64,000 nt of DNA from Pseudolabrys sp. (GTDB lineage Bacteria; Pseudomonadota; Alphaproteobacteria; Rhizobiales; Xanthobacteraceae), in assembly GCA_035623095.1 (NCBI GenBank), contig DASPUD010000110.1, positions 18,353-82,352 on the forward strand, read 5' to 3'. Below the pieces are notes generated by a model. That model searched no databases. It was not told the origin of the DNA and was given only the letters and a program-made list of their open reading frames with translations. This document shows positions 38,920 to 48,256 of the stretch, piece by piece; the stretch's first letter is position 1; every line of letters starts with the position of its first letter. The translations under genes and the position numbers were made by a program.

Positions 38920-39900
38920 TCAGCCCTGGACGCGGCCAATCGCATGCACCGCCGCTTCGACCCGCATGGCGTCCTCGTCCCAGAATTTCGCAAACGCCGC
39001 CTGATCGAGATAAGCGACCTCGTCGCCGATATTGTTAATTGCAGATTTGAACTGATCGCTGGTCGCCGCCTTCTTGATCGCCTCGCCCAGCACTTTCACA
39101 GCCGCGTCGGGCGTATTCTTCGGCGCGAATACGCCAACCCAGAGGGAAAACTCGACGTTGTAGCCAAGTTCCTTGAGAGTCGGGACATCCGGCATCGATG
39201 CCGCGCGCTGCGGACTAAAGCAGGCGAGGGCCCGAAGCTTGCCGGCCTTAACCTGGCCAAATGCAGGCGCGATCGCTGACACAAGCACTTGCGAATTGTT
39301 GCCGAGAATGGCGGTGAGCGCGGGACCGCCGCCGTTTGTCGGCAGATGCTTCATCTTGATGCCGGTGGCTTGCATGAACAGAGCCGTCGGCAGATGCAGG
39401 GCACCATAAAGTCCCGATGAGCTGAACGTTAGCTTGTCGGGATTGGCCTTGGCATCTTCGACCAGTTCCTTGACGGTCTTGTACGGTTGCTGATCGTTGA
39501 CCACCAAAATCATTGGGCCAGAGGTTAGTCGCGCGATCGGGATAAAGTCGGCACGCGTGAACTTCGGTTGACGGCCGAATAGCTTGTCGACTTCGGCAAA
39601 CCCCGAGATAGACACAATGTGAATGAGCAGCGTGTAACCGTCCGGCCTCGCTGTGGCGGCAACTTGCCCGCCCAGCGCCCCGGCCGCGCCGGCTTTGGTT
39701 TCGATCACACAAGGTTGCTTGAGAATCGGCTCAAGCACGGCGGCGAGAGGACGGCCGACCACATCGGCGGCGCCTCCCGGTGGAAACGGATTGATGAAGG
39801 TGATCGCGTGGGACGGATAAGCGTCCTCAGCGAAAGCAGACCATAAGCTCAAAGTCGCGGTTGCGGCGGCGCTGCCGGCGACGAAACGGCGTCTATCCAC
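38920..39900 (-). CDS. Bug/TctC family substrate-binding protein 3
   Basis: Same motifs; GTG start at 39900 after GGAGG. Confidence 0.93.
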   Translation of the reverse strand: MDRRRFVAGSAAATATLSLWSAFAEDAYPSHAITFINPFPPGGAADVVGRPLAAVLEPILKQPCVIETKAGAAGALGGQVAATARPDGYTLLIHIVSISGFAEVDKLFGRQPKFTRADFIPIARLTSGPMILVVNDQQPYKTVKELVEDAKANPDKLTFSSSGLYGALHLPTALFMQATGIKMKHLPTNGGGPALTAILGNNSQVLVSAIAPAFGQVKAGKLRALACFSPQRAASMPDVPTLKELGYNVEFSLWVGVFAPKNTPDAAVKVLGEAIKKAATSDQFKSAINNIGDEVAYLDQAAFAKFWDEDAMRVEAAVHAIGRVQG

Positions 39901-39988
39901 GTGCAATCCTCCCTGGAAGTGCTTATTTTACCGGGGTTTGGCCCGGGGCTTTGTTGGTTGGGATGCTATCGCCCGGCGCGGTGGGCAA

Positions 39989-40765
39989 TCAAGCATCAAT
40001 GATCGCTACCGCGCGGGTCCAGCCGGCTGAACCGCCGCGCACTTTGACCGGGAAGCAGCTGACCACAAAGCCCTTGGACGGCAGCGCCTCCAGATTGTGC
40101 AGCTTTTCGATGTGGCAGTACCCGATCTCGCGGCCGGCGCGATGGCCCTCCCAGATCAGCGAAGCGTCATGGGTCTCGGCGTATTTCTTCATCGTGTAGA
40201 TGAAGGGCGCGTCCCAACTCCAGCCGTCGGTTCCGGTCACGCGGACGCCGCGCTCGAGCAGATAAAAGGTTGCCTCGCGACCCATGCCGCAACCTTTGGC
40301 TACGTAGTCAGGGCGTCCGTACGCCGTACCGGCGCTCGTGTTCACAACCACGATTTCAAGTGGCGACAACATGTGACCGATACGCTTGAGCTCGGCTTCA
40401 ACATCCTTCGCCGTTGCGACGTAACCGTCCGGGAAATGCCGAAAGTCTAGTTTGATGCCGGGCTGCAAGCACCAGTCGAGCGGAACCTCGTCGATTGTGA
40501 CGGCGCGTTTGCCGTGATCCATGGTCGAAGCGAAGTGCCAGGGGGCATCAAGATGCGTCGTGCAATGGGTCGATAGCCGAACCCACTCGAAGCCCCAGCC
40601 TTCGCCATCCGGCAAATCTTCCTTTTTCAGACCAGGAAAAAATTTGAGGATATCAGCTGCCGTCTGCTCGTGGTTGAAATACTCGATTTTCGGACCATAG
40701 CCAGGTGGGTCTGCCGCCACGTCGTTTTCCAGCGGAACCGAAATATCGATCACTTTGCGGGCCAT
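39989..40765 (-). CDS. Cyclase family metal-dependent hydrolase (kynurenine formamidase-like)
   Basis: [27 protein letters not shown]. Confidence 0.9.
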   Translation of the reverse strand: MARKVIDISVPLENDVAADPPGYGPKIEYFNHEQTAADILKFFPGLKKEDLPDGEGWGFEWVRLSTHCTTHLDAPWHFASTMDHGKRAVTIDEVPLDWCLQPGIKLDFRHFPDGYVATAKDVEAELKRIGHMLSPLEIVVVNTSAGTAYGRPDYVAKGCGMGREATFYLLERGVRVTGTDGWSWDAPFIYTMKKYAETHDASLIWEGHRAGREIGYCHIEKLHNLEALPSKGFVVSCFPVKVRGGSAGWTRAVAIIDA

Positions 40766-40779
40766 GGAATCTTACCTCG

Positions 40780-40941
40780 GTGATAGCCGGGCTTGTCGCC
40801 CGCAAGCCGGGTATACCCGACTTGCGGTCCTTAAAATAAGACTTTGCGCAACTCGGGCAGGCCCGAGTTGCGCGTGCCATCCACGTTTTTCTACTCTCAA
40901 CCATTAAAGACGTGGATGCCCGGCACAAGGCGGGGCATGAC
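40780..40941. repeat. Rhizobial REP-like palindromic element with a nested second palindrome
   Basis: GCCGGGCTTGTC...GCCATCCACG...CGTGGATGCCCGGCACAAGGCGGGGCATGAC, containing CGCAAGCCGGGTATACCCGACTTGCG and CGCAACTCGGGCAGGCCCGAGTTGCG hairpins. Confidence 0.8.
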
Positions 40942-40962
40942 GCCGCTGTGAAGGAGTTAAAT

Positions 40963-41253
40963 ATGCCGGCCTATTGGGTTGCGCGTTCAAAAATCAACGA
41001 CCCCGTCGAGTACAAAAAGTACACCGATCTGGTACCTGGGATTATCGCAAAGTTCGGCGGCAAGGTGCTGGCCCGCGGCGGCCGTTTTCAGATCATGGAA
41101 GGCCCGGACAAATTCCACCGGTTCATCGTCATCGAATTTCCGACCCTTGAGCAAGGCGTCGCCTGTTTCACGTCGCCGGAATACGACAAGGCTGCAGCCT
41201 TCCGGCGCAGCGGCGCGGGCGAAGTCGAAACGATTATGGTCGAGGGTGTCTGA
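40963..41253 (+). CDS. DUF1330 domain protein
   Basis: FGGKVLARGG, EG, VIEFP, SPEY; RBS AAGGAG. Confidence 0.9.
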   Translation: MPAYWVARSKINDPVEYKKYTDLVPGIIAKFGGKVLARGGRFQIMEGPDKFHRFIVIEFPTLEQGVACFTSPEYDKAAAFRRSGAGEVETIMVEGV

Positions 41254-41342
41254 CCGTCCCACCAAGCGGTGCATCCTACTGGCGTGGGCAAGGCTGTTGG
41301 GCTAAAAAATCGCAAAATCACAATAAATCTGGGAGGGAAACC

Positions 41343-42602
41343 ATGCAGCGATACGTGAAATTCCTGATTGGCGGTTTTGCGGCAGTCGCTTTGGCGGCGA
41401 CGGCAACGATCGCGACTGCGCAAGACAAACAACCGATCAAGATCGGTTTCGGAATGGCCGAAACCGGCCCGCTTGGGCCGAACGGCAAATCCGCCATGCT
41501 TGCGATGGACATCTGGGTCGAGGAGACAAACGCAAAGGGCGGTCTGCTCGGCCGGCCCGTCCAGCTCATCCACTACGACGATCAAAGCAATCCATCGACG
41601 GTACCGGGCATCTACAGCAAATTGCTCGATGTCGACAAAGTCGATGTCATCGTCGGCGGTTACGGCACGAACATGTTGGCGCCGGCGATGCCCGTGGTCA
41701 TGCAGCGCAAGAAGACGTTTCTGGGCCTCTACGGACTCGGTGTGAACACCGATTTTCATTACGACCGCTACTTCGCGATGATTCCGACCGGTCCTGAGCC
41801 GAAGACGTCTTTCACCAAAGGCTTCTTCGATACCGCGATGGCGCAGAAACCGAAGCCGGCGACGGTTGCAATCGTTGCTGCCGACGCGGAGTTTTCCAAG
41901 AATGCGGCCGAAGGCGCGCGAGAGAATGCAGCCAAGGCCGGGTTGAAGATCGTCTATGATAAAAGCTATCCGCCGGCGACCACCGATTTTGGACCGATCG
42001 TGCGGGCGATCCAGGCGACCAATGCAGACCTGGTTGTGATCTGCTCCTACCCGCTCGACTCGGTCGGCATGGTGCTTGCCGCCAACGAGGCTAAACTCAA
42101 TCCGAAGATGATCGGCGGGGCCATGGTTGGGCTGCAGTCCACCGTGTTCAAAACCAAACTCGGTCCTGCGCTCAATGGCTACATGAATTACGACTTCTGG
42201 CTGCCGACGAAATCTTTGCTATTCAAAGGTACTGCTGAATTCATGCAGAAGTACCAGGAACGCGCGGCCAAGGCCGGCATCGATCCGCTTGGCTACTATA
42301 TGGCGCCTTTCAGCTACGCATATCTGGATGTGCTTGGTCAGGCGATCACGGCAATCAAGAGCGCAGACGACGCCAAACTCGCCGACTATCTGCGCAAGAC
42401 CACGTTTAAGACCATTGTCGGCGACGTGTCCTTCGGCAAGAACGGCGAATGGGCGAAGTCTCGGGTCTTGCAGGCACAGTTCCGGGGCATCAAGGGCAAC
42501 GGCGTCGATCAGTTCAAGAGCGCAGACACCCTGGCGATCATTACACCAGCCGAATACAAGTCGGGTGACGTGATCTACCCGTTCGAGAAGGCGCGACAAT
42601 AA
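41343..42602 (+). CDS. Branched-chain amino acid-type ABC substrate-binding protein
   Basis: Signal peptide; PIKIG, GGLLGRPV, YDDQS. Confidence 0.92.
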   Translation: MQRYVKFLIGGFAAVALAATATIATAQDKQPIKIGFGMAETGPLGPNGKSAMLAMDIWVEETNAKGGLLGRPVQLIHYDDQSNPSTVPGIYSKLLDVDKVDVIVGGYGTNMLAPAMPVVMQRKKTFLGLYGLGVNTDFHYDRYFAMIPTGPEPKTSFTKGFFDTAMAQKPKPATVAIVAADAEFSKNAAEGARENAAKAGLKIVYDKSYPPATTDFGPIVRAIQATNADLVVICSYPLDSVGMVLAANEAKLNPKMIGGAMVGLQSTVFKTKLGPALNGYMNYDFWLPTKSLLFKGTAEFMQKYQERAAKAGIDPLGYYMAPFSYAYLDVLGQAITAIKSADDAKLADYLRKTTFKTIVGDVSFGKNGEWAKSRVLQAQFRGIKGNGVDQFKSADTLAIITPAEYKSGDVIYPFEKARQ

Positions 42603-42797
42603 GTCTTCCCAACGCGGCCCACCACCGGGCACGAGACGTGGCGCAGCCTGATTTGGCTGCGCCATGCCCAATTTGGGCGGCCAGCATCAGGCAATTCGTC
42701 TAATCCTCGAGACTTTCTGCCGCCCCCGGTGGACCATTACCGTGGTCGCTGTCATTATTGGGTATCGAATAAAACGAGGTTCACGGGAGGAGAATAT

Positions 42798-44078
42798 ATG
42801 TTGAAAAACCTCAAGTCCCGGACACTTGCCTTAATCGCCGGGACGGCTCTGGCCGTCGCGGCCGGGGCAATGTTCGTGGGGGGCGCTACCGCCCAAAACA
42901 AAGAGCCGATCAAGATCGGTTTTGGCATGGCGCTGACCGGCCCGCTCGCCCCCAACGGCAAGCAGGCGCTGCTCGGCATGCAGATCTGGGAGGAACAGAC
43001 CAACGCCAAGGGCGGATTGCTCGGACGTCCGGTCAAGCTCGTGTACTACGATGACAAGAGCAGCCCGTCCGAAATCCCCGGCATCTACACCAAGCTGCTC
43101 GACGTCGACAAAGTCGATCTCGTGGTCGGCGGCTATGCGACCAACATGGTCGCGCCGACGATTCCTGTCGTCATGCCGAAAGGCAAGACGCTCATCGGCT
43201 TGTTCGCGCTCGATGCGAACCACGAATTCAAATACCCGAAATATTTCTCGGTGCTGCCCACGGGCCCGCAGACCAAGCCGTCGTTCACCGAAGGCTTCTT
43301 CCAGGTCGCGGCGCAGCAAAATCCGAAACCGAAGACGCTCGGGCTTGTGGTCGAGGACGCCGAATTCTCCAACAATGCCTGCGACGGCGCGCGCGAGAAC
43401 GCCAAGAAATTCGACGTGAAGATCGTCTACGACAAGAAGTACCCGCCCGCCACGACAGACTACACTCCCATCGTGCGCGCGGTGCAGGCTGCCAATCCCG
43501 ACATGGTTATCGTCTGCTCCTATCCGCTCGGTTCGGTCGGCATCGTGCAGGCGGTGCGCGAGATCAACTACCGGCCGAAAATGCTCGGCGGCGCAATGGT
43601 CGGGCTGCAGGCGACCGTGTTCAAGAGCAAGCTCGGACCCAAGCTCAACGGCATCATCAATTACGAGACCTGGGTCCCGTCCGACAAAATGATGGCGCCG
43701 GCGGTCGAATTCTTCAAAACGTACCAGGCCAAGGCCGGCGCCGCGGGCGTCGACCCACTCGGCTACTATCTCGGCGGCTGGGGCTACGCCTACATCAACA
43801 TGCTGGGCGAAGCGATCGCCGCGACGAAGAGCATCGACGACAACAAGATCGCCGACTGGCTGCGCAAGAACCCGCACAAGACCATCATGGGCGATTGGAG
43901 CTACGGCCCGACCGGCGGAGAGTGGACCAAGTCGGGCATGATGCAGGTCCAATATCACGACATCAAGGAAGGCGCGGGGCTCGAAACCTGGAAAGGCATG
44001 GGCTATCAGACTGTACTGACGCCCTCTTCGCTTTCCACCGGCAGGGTGATCTATCCGTACGAGAAAGCTCTGCAGTAG
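42798..44078 (+). CDS. Branched-chain amino acid-type ABC substrate-binding protein (tandem paralogue)
   Basis: Close paralogue of the upstream gene (GIY.KLLDVDKVD, GGAMVGLQ.TVFK, DPLGYY, VIYP.EKA); RBS GGGAGGAG. Confidence 0.92.
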   Translation: MLKNLKSRTLALIAGTALAVAAGAMFVGGATAQNKEPIKIGFGMALTGPLAPNGKQALLGMQIWEEQTNAKGGLLGRPVKLVYYDDKSSPSEIPGIYTKLLDVDKVDLVVGGYATNMVAPTIPVVMPKGKTLIGLFALDANHEFKYPKYFSVLPTGPQTKPSFTEGFFQVAAQQNPKPKTLGLVVEDAEFSNNACDGARENAKKFDVKIVYDKKYPPATTDYTPIVRAVQAANPDMVIVCSYPLGSVGIVQAVREINYRPKMLGGAMVGLQATVFKSKLGPKLNGIINYETWVPSDKMMAPAVEFFKTYQAKAGAAGVDPLGYYLGGWGYAYINMLGEAIAATKSIDDNKIADWLRKNPHKTIMGDWSYGPTGGEWTKSGMMQVQYHDIKEGAGLETWKGMGYQTVLTPSSLSTGRVIYPYEKALQ

Positions 44079-44095
44079 TCTCGTCGGCGGATCGC

Positions 44096-44137
44096 AAAAA
44101 TTCGGCGCGGGCCGTCAAGCCCGCGCCATTTTATTTT
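44096..44137. terminator. Bidirectional terminator between convergent genes
   Basis: A5-ttc-GGCGCGGGC-cgtcaa-GCCCGCGCC-ATTTTATTTT. Confidence 0.8.
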
Positions 44138-44150
44138 CACGGTCTGCGTT

Positions 44151-44882
44151 TCACATGCCCATGTAAAGCTGCCTGACGAGGTCATTGTTGTTGAGCTCGT
44201 CGGCCGAGCGGCCTTCGAACGCGATCTTGCCGTGCACGATCACATAGCCGCGGTCAGCGATGCGGATGGCTTGCGTGAAATTCTGTTCGGCCATCAGCAC
44301 CGTGAGATGGTAGTGCTCCTTGAGCAGCTTGATGGCGTCGATGGTGCGGGCAACCAGCTGCGGTGCCAGGCCGACCGACGGTTCATCCACCAGGAGAATG
44401 CGTGGTGCCAGCATCAAGGCGCGGGCGAGCGCCAGCATCTGCTGTTCGCCGCCGCTCATCGAGCCGGCAAGTTGGTTGCGACGCTCGGCGAGGCGCGGAA
44501 ACGATTCAAAACAGAAATCCATGTTGGCCTTGATTCGCGCCCGCGCCTTTGGCCGGAACGCGCCGAGCAACAGGTTCTCCTCAACCGTCAGCTTAGGAAA
44601 TAACCTGCGTCCTTCGGGCACAAGCGCGATACCAAGATCGACGATCTGTTCGGTGCTGCGGCCGACCAGGTCGAATTTTTCGCCATCGATCTCGGCGATG
44701 ATGCTTCCGCCTTTCGGACGTACAATACCCATCACGCATTTCATGAGCGTGCTCTTGCCGTTGCCATTTGTGCCCAACAAGGCAACGGTTTCGCCGGGCT
44801 TGACGGACATCGAGACGTCCTCAATGACGCGAACAGAGCCGTAGGCCGCGTGCACGCCGTTTATGGTCAGGCTACTGGCCAA
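44151..44882 (-). CDS. LivF-like ABC ATPase (system 1)
   Basis: GTNGNGKST, MSGGEQQML, LVDEPS. Confidence 0.93.
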   Translation of the reverse strand: MASSLTINGVHAAYGSVRVIEDVSMSVKPGETVALLGTNGNGKSTLMKCVMGIVRPKGGSIIAEIDGEKFDLVGRSTEQIVDLGIALVPEGRRLFPKLTVEENLLLGAFRPKARARIKANMDFCFESFPRLAERRNQLAGSMSGGEQQMLALARALMLAPRILLVDEPSVGLAPQLVARTIDAIKLLKEHYHLTVLMAEQNFTQAIRIADRGYVIVHGKIAFEGRSADELNNNDLVRQLYMGM

Positions 44883-45603
44883 GATATGCCCTCACGACCT
44901 CGGGGTTGCGCACGACGTCTTCCGGCTTGCCGTCGGCGATCTTCTTGCCGCTCACCAGGACGACGAGCCGTTGCGAAAAACTCATCACCGCGCTCATGAT
45001 GTGCTCGATCAGAATAATGGTAATGCCGCGTTCGTTAAGCTGCTTGAGCAGAGCGAGAATGTCCTCAATCTCGGTGTGCGACAGGCCGGCCATAGACTCG
45101 TCGGCGATCAGGAGTTTCGGTTCTGCCGCCACGGCGCGCGCCAGCTCAAGCTTGCGCATCTCGACCTGGGTGAGGTCGCGCGGCATGTGGCGCGCTTTCT
45201 TGTCGAGTCCGACCAGACGTAACAATTCGATGCAACGCGCGTCGACACTGTCCGCGTGCAAGGGGCCGGTGCGCTTGTGAACGGTATAGAGCATTGGAAC
45301 ACGTATATTGTCAGCGAGACTCAGGCTGACGAACGGACGCGGCAGCTGGAAGCTGCGTGCCAGTCCGCGATGCGTGCGTTGATGTGCGGCAAGGCCGTCC
45401 ATCGCGTGGCCGTCGAAGTGCACGCTACCCTGTTCGTTTTGCAGAGCGCCGCAGATACAGTTCACAAGCGTGCTCTTGCCGGATCCGTTCGGGCCTATCA
45501 GCCCAACGCGCTCGCCCTGCTGCACCTCAAGCTCGATGCCATCAAGCGCAATAAATCCGCCAAAGCGTTTGCTGACATTGCTGACGTGAAGAAGCGGGCT
45601 CAT
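44872..45603 (-). CDS. LivG-like ABC ATPase (system 1)
   Basis: GPNGSGKST, ARSFQ, IEH, VRAYLG. Confidence 0.93.
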   Translation of the reverse strand: MSPLLHVSNVSKRFGGFIALDGIELEVQQGERVGLIGPNGSGKSTLVNCICGALQNEQGSVHFDGHAMDGLAAHQRTHRGLARSFQLPRPFVSLSLADNIRVPMLYTVHKRTGPLHADSVDARCIELLRLVGLDKKARHMPRDLTQVEMRKLELARAVAAEPKLLIADESMAGLSHTEIEDILALLKQLNERGITIILIEHIMSAVMSFSQRLVVLVSGKKIADGKPEDVVRNPEVVRAYLGQ

Positions 45604-46556
45604 TTGCTCCTCCGTGCCCGAAGCCGCTCCTGCACCAATCCAACCAAACCGTTCGGTGCGATGACGACGAAGGCGACCAGCAGCAGGCCGACTATGAGAA
45701 GGTTGACGGCCGATGAAATGGTCACCGTGGCAAGCTGTTGCAGCGAACCCAGCAAAATAGCGCCGACCAGCGGGCCGACCCAGCTGGTCGTCCCGCCAAT
45801 GATGGGCATGGCGATGGAATTAACCCCGTATTCGAGCCCAAAGGCCGATGCCGGCTGCAAGTACCCGATGTAATAGGGGAAAGGCGCGCCGGCCATTCCC
45901 ATCAATGCGCCGGAAATCGTGGTGGCAATCAACTTGAGTCGAAGGGTAGGCACGCCCAAGGCTTCTGCCGCCAGCTCATCGTCGCGGATCGTGGCAAAAC
46001 CGAAACCGAGCTGCGTCCGGGCGATCGTGCGCGAAACAACGATCGAGACGATCGCAAGGGCCAACATGAGCAAGAACAGATATTCGATATATTCGATCGA
46101 ATAGCCAAAGATCGAGACGGTCTCCTCGCGCACAATATAGGCGCCGCGCGAGCCACCGACATAAGTCCAGTTGACCACCAATGTTTGCAGGACCACCGCC
46201 ATGGCCAACGTGGCAATGGCAAAGAAGGCGCCGCGCAGCCGCAATGTCAGGTAGCCCATGCCCAATCCGACGATGCCGGACACTACCGCGCCGATAACGA
46301 TCAAGACGGGAATCGGCAGCGGGTTGAACTTGTAGAAGAACACTGTGGAATACGCGCCAAGCGCGAAGAAAGCCGCCGAACCGAAATTCACATAGCCGCA
46401 ATAGCCTCCGAGGATGTTCCACGCTGACGAGAGCACGACGAACTGAAGAATCGTGTAGCCCGCGAAGAACACATAGCCCACGCCGAGCAGGTGCCCGCAG
46501 ATATAGACTGCGACGCCAACCAGCAGACAAATGATGGTGAAACGAAGAGTGTTCAC
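45600..46556 (-). CDS. LivM-like ABC permease (system 1)
   Basis: WNILGGYCGYVNFG, LRLRG.FFAIATL, IRDDE.AA. Confidence 0.92.
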   Translation of the reverse strand: MNTLRFTIICLLVGVAVYICGHLLGVGYVFFAGYTILQFVVLSSAWNILGGYCGYVNFGSAAFFALGAYSTVFFYKFNPLPIPVLIVIGAVVSGIVGLGMGYLTLRLRGAFFAIATLAMAVVLQTLVVNWTYVGGSRGAYIVREETVSIFGYSIEYIEYLFLLMLALAIVSIVVSRTIARTQLGFGFATIRDDELAAEALGVPTLRLKLIATTISGALMGMAGAPFPYYIGYLQPASAFGLEYGVNSIAMPIIGGTTSWVGPLVGAILLGSLQQLATVTISSAVNLLIVGLLLVAFVVIAPNGLVGLVQERLRARRSK

Positions 46557-46559
46557 GGG

Positions 46560-47435
46560 CTATCGTCCGAACAATCCCGCCGGCCGGAAGGCGAGGGTGA
46601 GAAGAAGAAATCCGAATGCTACCGCCGGCGACCACGAAGGCCCGTAAAAAGTAGACGTCAGGCTTTCCATGACACCGAGCAGCATCGCTGCGATAAGACT
46701 TCCCGGTAGACTGCCGAGTCCGCCGAGCACGCAGATGGCGAACACGCGGCCGATATACTCGCGGCCGACCGAAGGTTCGACCGGCTGAATGATGACAAGC
46801 AACGCTCCGGCGATCGACGTGGTCGCGATCGAGATACCGAAGGCAATTCGCTTGATGCGGATCGGGTCGGCAGCCATCAGTTGAAGGGCGAGCTGGTCCT
46901 GCGATACCGCCATGATGGCGCGCCCGGTAAAAGTTCGCGTCACGAACAACTCCAGCAGGCCGAACAAGACGAGCGCTGTGATGCATGGCACCAGCATGCG
47001 TAAGGGAAAGTCGACATTGCCAAGGTGCAGGCTCGGGCCGATGTAGCTGGCCTCGACATAACGATAGTCCACGCCGAATACGAGGATCAGCATGACTTCG
47101 GTGACAAACAGCAGACCGAAAAAGAAGGCGAGGCCGCGCAGGGATTCCTGGCCGCGTTTTTCGAAAGAGACGTAGTAAACCTGGTAAATGATAGTGCCCA
47201 GGATGTAGAACACGGGCAGCATCACGATACTGACCACGATGGGATCAATACCGAAGGAAATGTTGATAAAGTAGGCGATGTACGAGCCGAGAATGATAAA
47301 ACCCGGATGCGCGATGTTGACGATATCGAGCATGCCGAACGAAATTGAAACGCCGGCGGTGACGGCGGCGTAGAATCCGCCGAGCAGCAGCCCAGCAACA
47401 ATGGCGTTCATCAGCAGATCGAAGGAAATATCCAT
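46560..47435 (-). CDS. LivH-like ABC permease (system 1)
   Basis: FGMLDIVNIAH, VLGGLGS, FRPAGLFG. Confidence 0.92.
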   Translation of the reverse strand: MDISFDLLMNAIVAGLLLGGFYAAVTAGVSISFGMLDIVNIAHPGFIILGSYIAYFINISFGIDPIVVSIVMLPVFYILGTIIYQVYYVSFEKRGQESLRGLAFFFGLLFVTEVMLILVFGVDYRYVEASYIGPSLHLGNVDFPLRMLVPCITALVLFGLLELFVTRTFTGRAIMAVSQDQLALQLMAADPIRIKRIAFGISIATTSIAGALLVIIQPVEPSVGREYIGRVFAICVLGGLGSLPGSLIAAMLLGVMESLTSTFYGPSWSPAVAFGFLLLTLAFRPAGLFGR

Positions 47436-47682
47436 CCGCACTTAAACCGGCATCGCCGCCGCGGCGCGTCGCACACCTGAAGACTCTAGTCCGGTGCGGT
47501 GCGGCGACTACGATCTGCGTGTCGAATTGACCGGTGTTACTCCCCGTTGCGGCGTCAGTTGTTTTTCTTATCTCACAGCGGCCACCCCACCGCCATGCGA
47601 AGTTTGCGCAGTTTGCAGGAAGCCAAATGGCTTGGCTAGCCCATTGATCGATCTGGTGAAGCTATGTCGGCGCGGCAAAATG

Positions 47683-47720
47683 AAACGCCCGCCGTGGGCC
47701 ATGGTTGCGGGCGGGCGTTT
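47683..47720. terminator. Terminator-like hairpin downstream of the cupin gene
   Basis: AAACGCCCGCC...GGCGGGCGTTT. Confidence 0.55.
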
Positions 47721-47734
47721 AAATCTTTGACTGG

Positions 47735-48217
47735 TCAGGCGGCGGCGGATTGTGGCCGTACACCGGCCGGCAACGGCATTGGCTTGTTGGCACTGTCCTT
47801 GAATTCGACGGTCATGAAGACCATCTCGCGATCGCCGAGATTTTCCAGGTCATGCACCTTGAACTCGCCTTCGCCATAGCTCTCATGCCGCGTTTCGCCG
47901 GGTTGATAGGTGCATTCAAGCGTCGTGCCGTCGTGCACGTGCTGACGGCCGCGGCCACCGGAAACTGACGTCCAGAAATAGTCCAGCACGTGGCGATGAA
48001 ATCCAACGCGTTCGCCGGGAGCGAGACGGATGATCCATACTCGCGTACGTTCATTCTCCGACAGCAGCGTGGAGCCAACGCAAGGGTTCGGATTTTTGCT
48101 TTCGCGCTCGAATTCGGCGGCGATATCGGCCGGCCACGGGTCTTTGTGTGTTTTCACGTCGGCCTTGTCGGCCATGGTCAAAGCCACGGGAATTCCTCCA
48201 AAATCGTTGGCCGTCAT
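47735..48217 (-). CDS. Cupin-fold protein
   Basis: ENERTRVW.I.L.PGE..FHRH.LDY, HDLEN.G. Confidence 0.8.
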   Translation of the reverse strand: MTANDFGGIPVALTMADKADVKTHKDPWPADIAAEFERESKNPNPCVGSTLLSENERTRVWIIRLAPGERVGFHRHVLDYFWTSVSGGRGRQHVHDGTTLECTYQPGETRHESYGEGEFKVHDLENLGDREMVFMTVEFKDSANKPMPLPAGVRPQSAAA

Positions 48218-48256
48218 ATATAGGATAAACGGGTAAACGAAAAGATCGAGGCTGAA

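Noticed and set aside
40912-40962. N-terminal extension MDARHKAGHD on the DUF1330 protein
   Set aside because: It is translated REP sequence; a strong RBS precedes ATG 40963
42831-43958. Long antisense ORFs (also 17489-18661, 50411-51427, 57782-58678, 45976-46986)
   Set aside because: Shadow or alternate-frame ORFs of well-supported genes, expected with high-GC codon bias; no recognisable motifs
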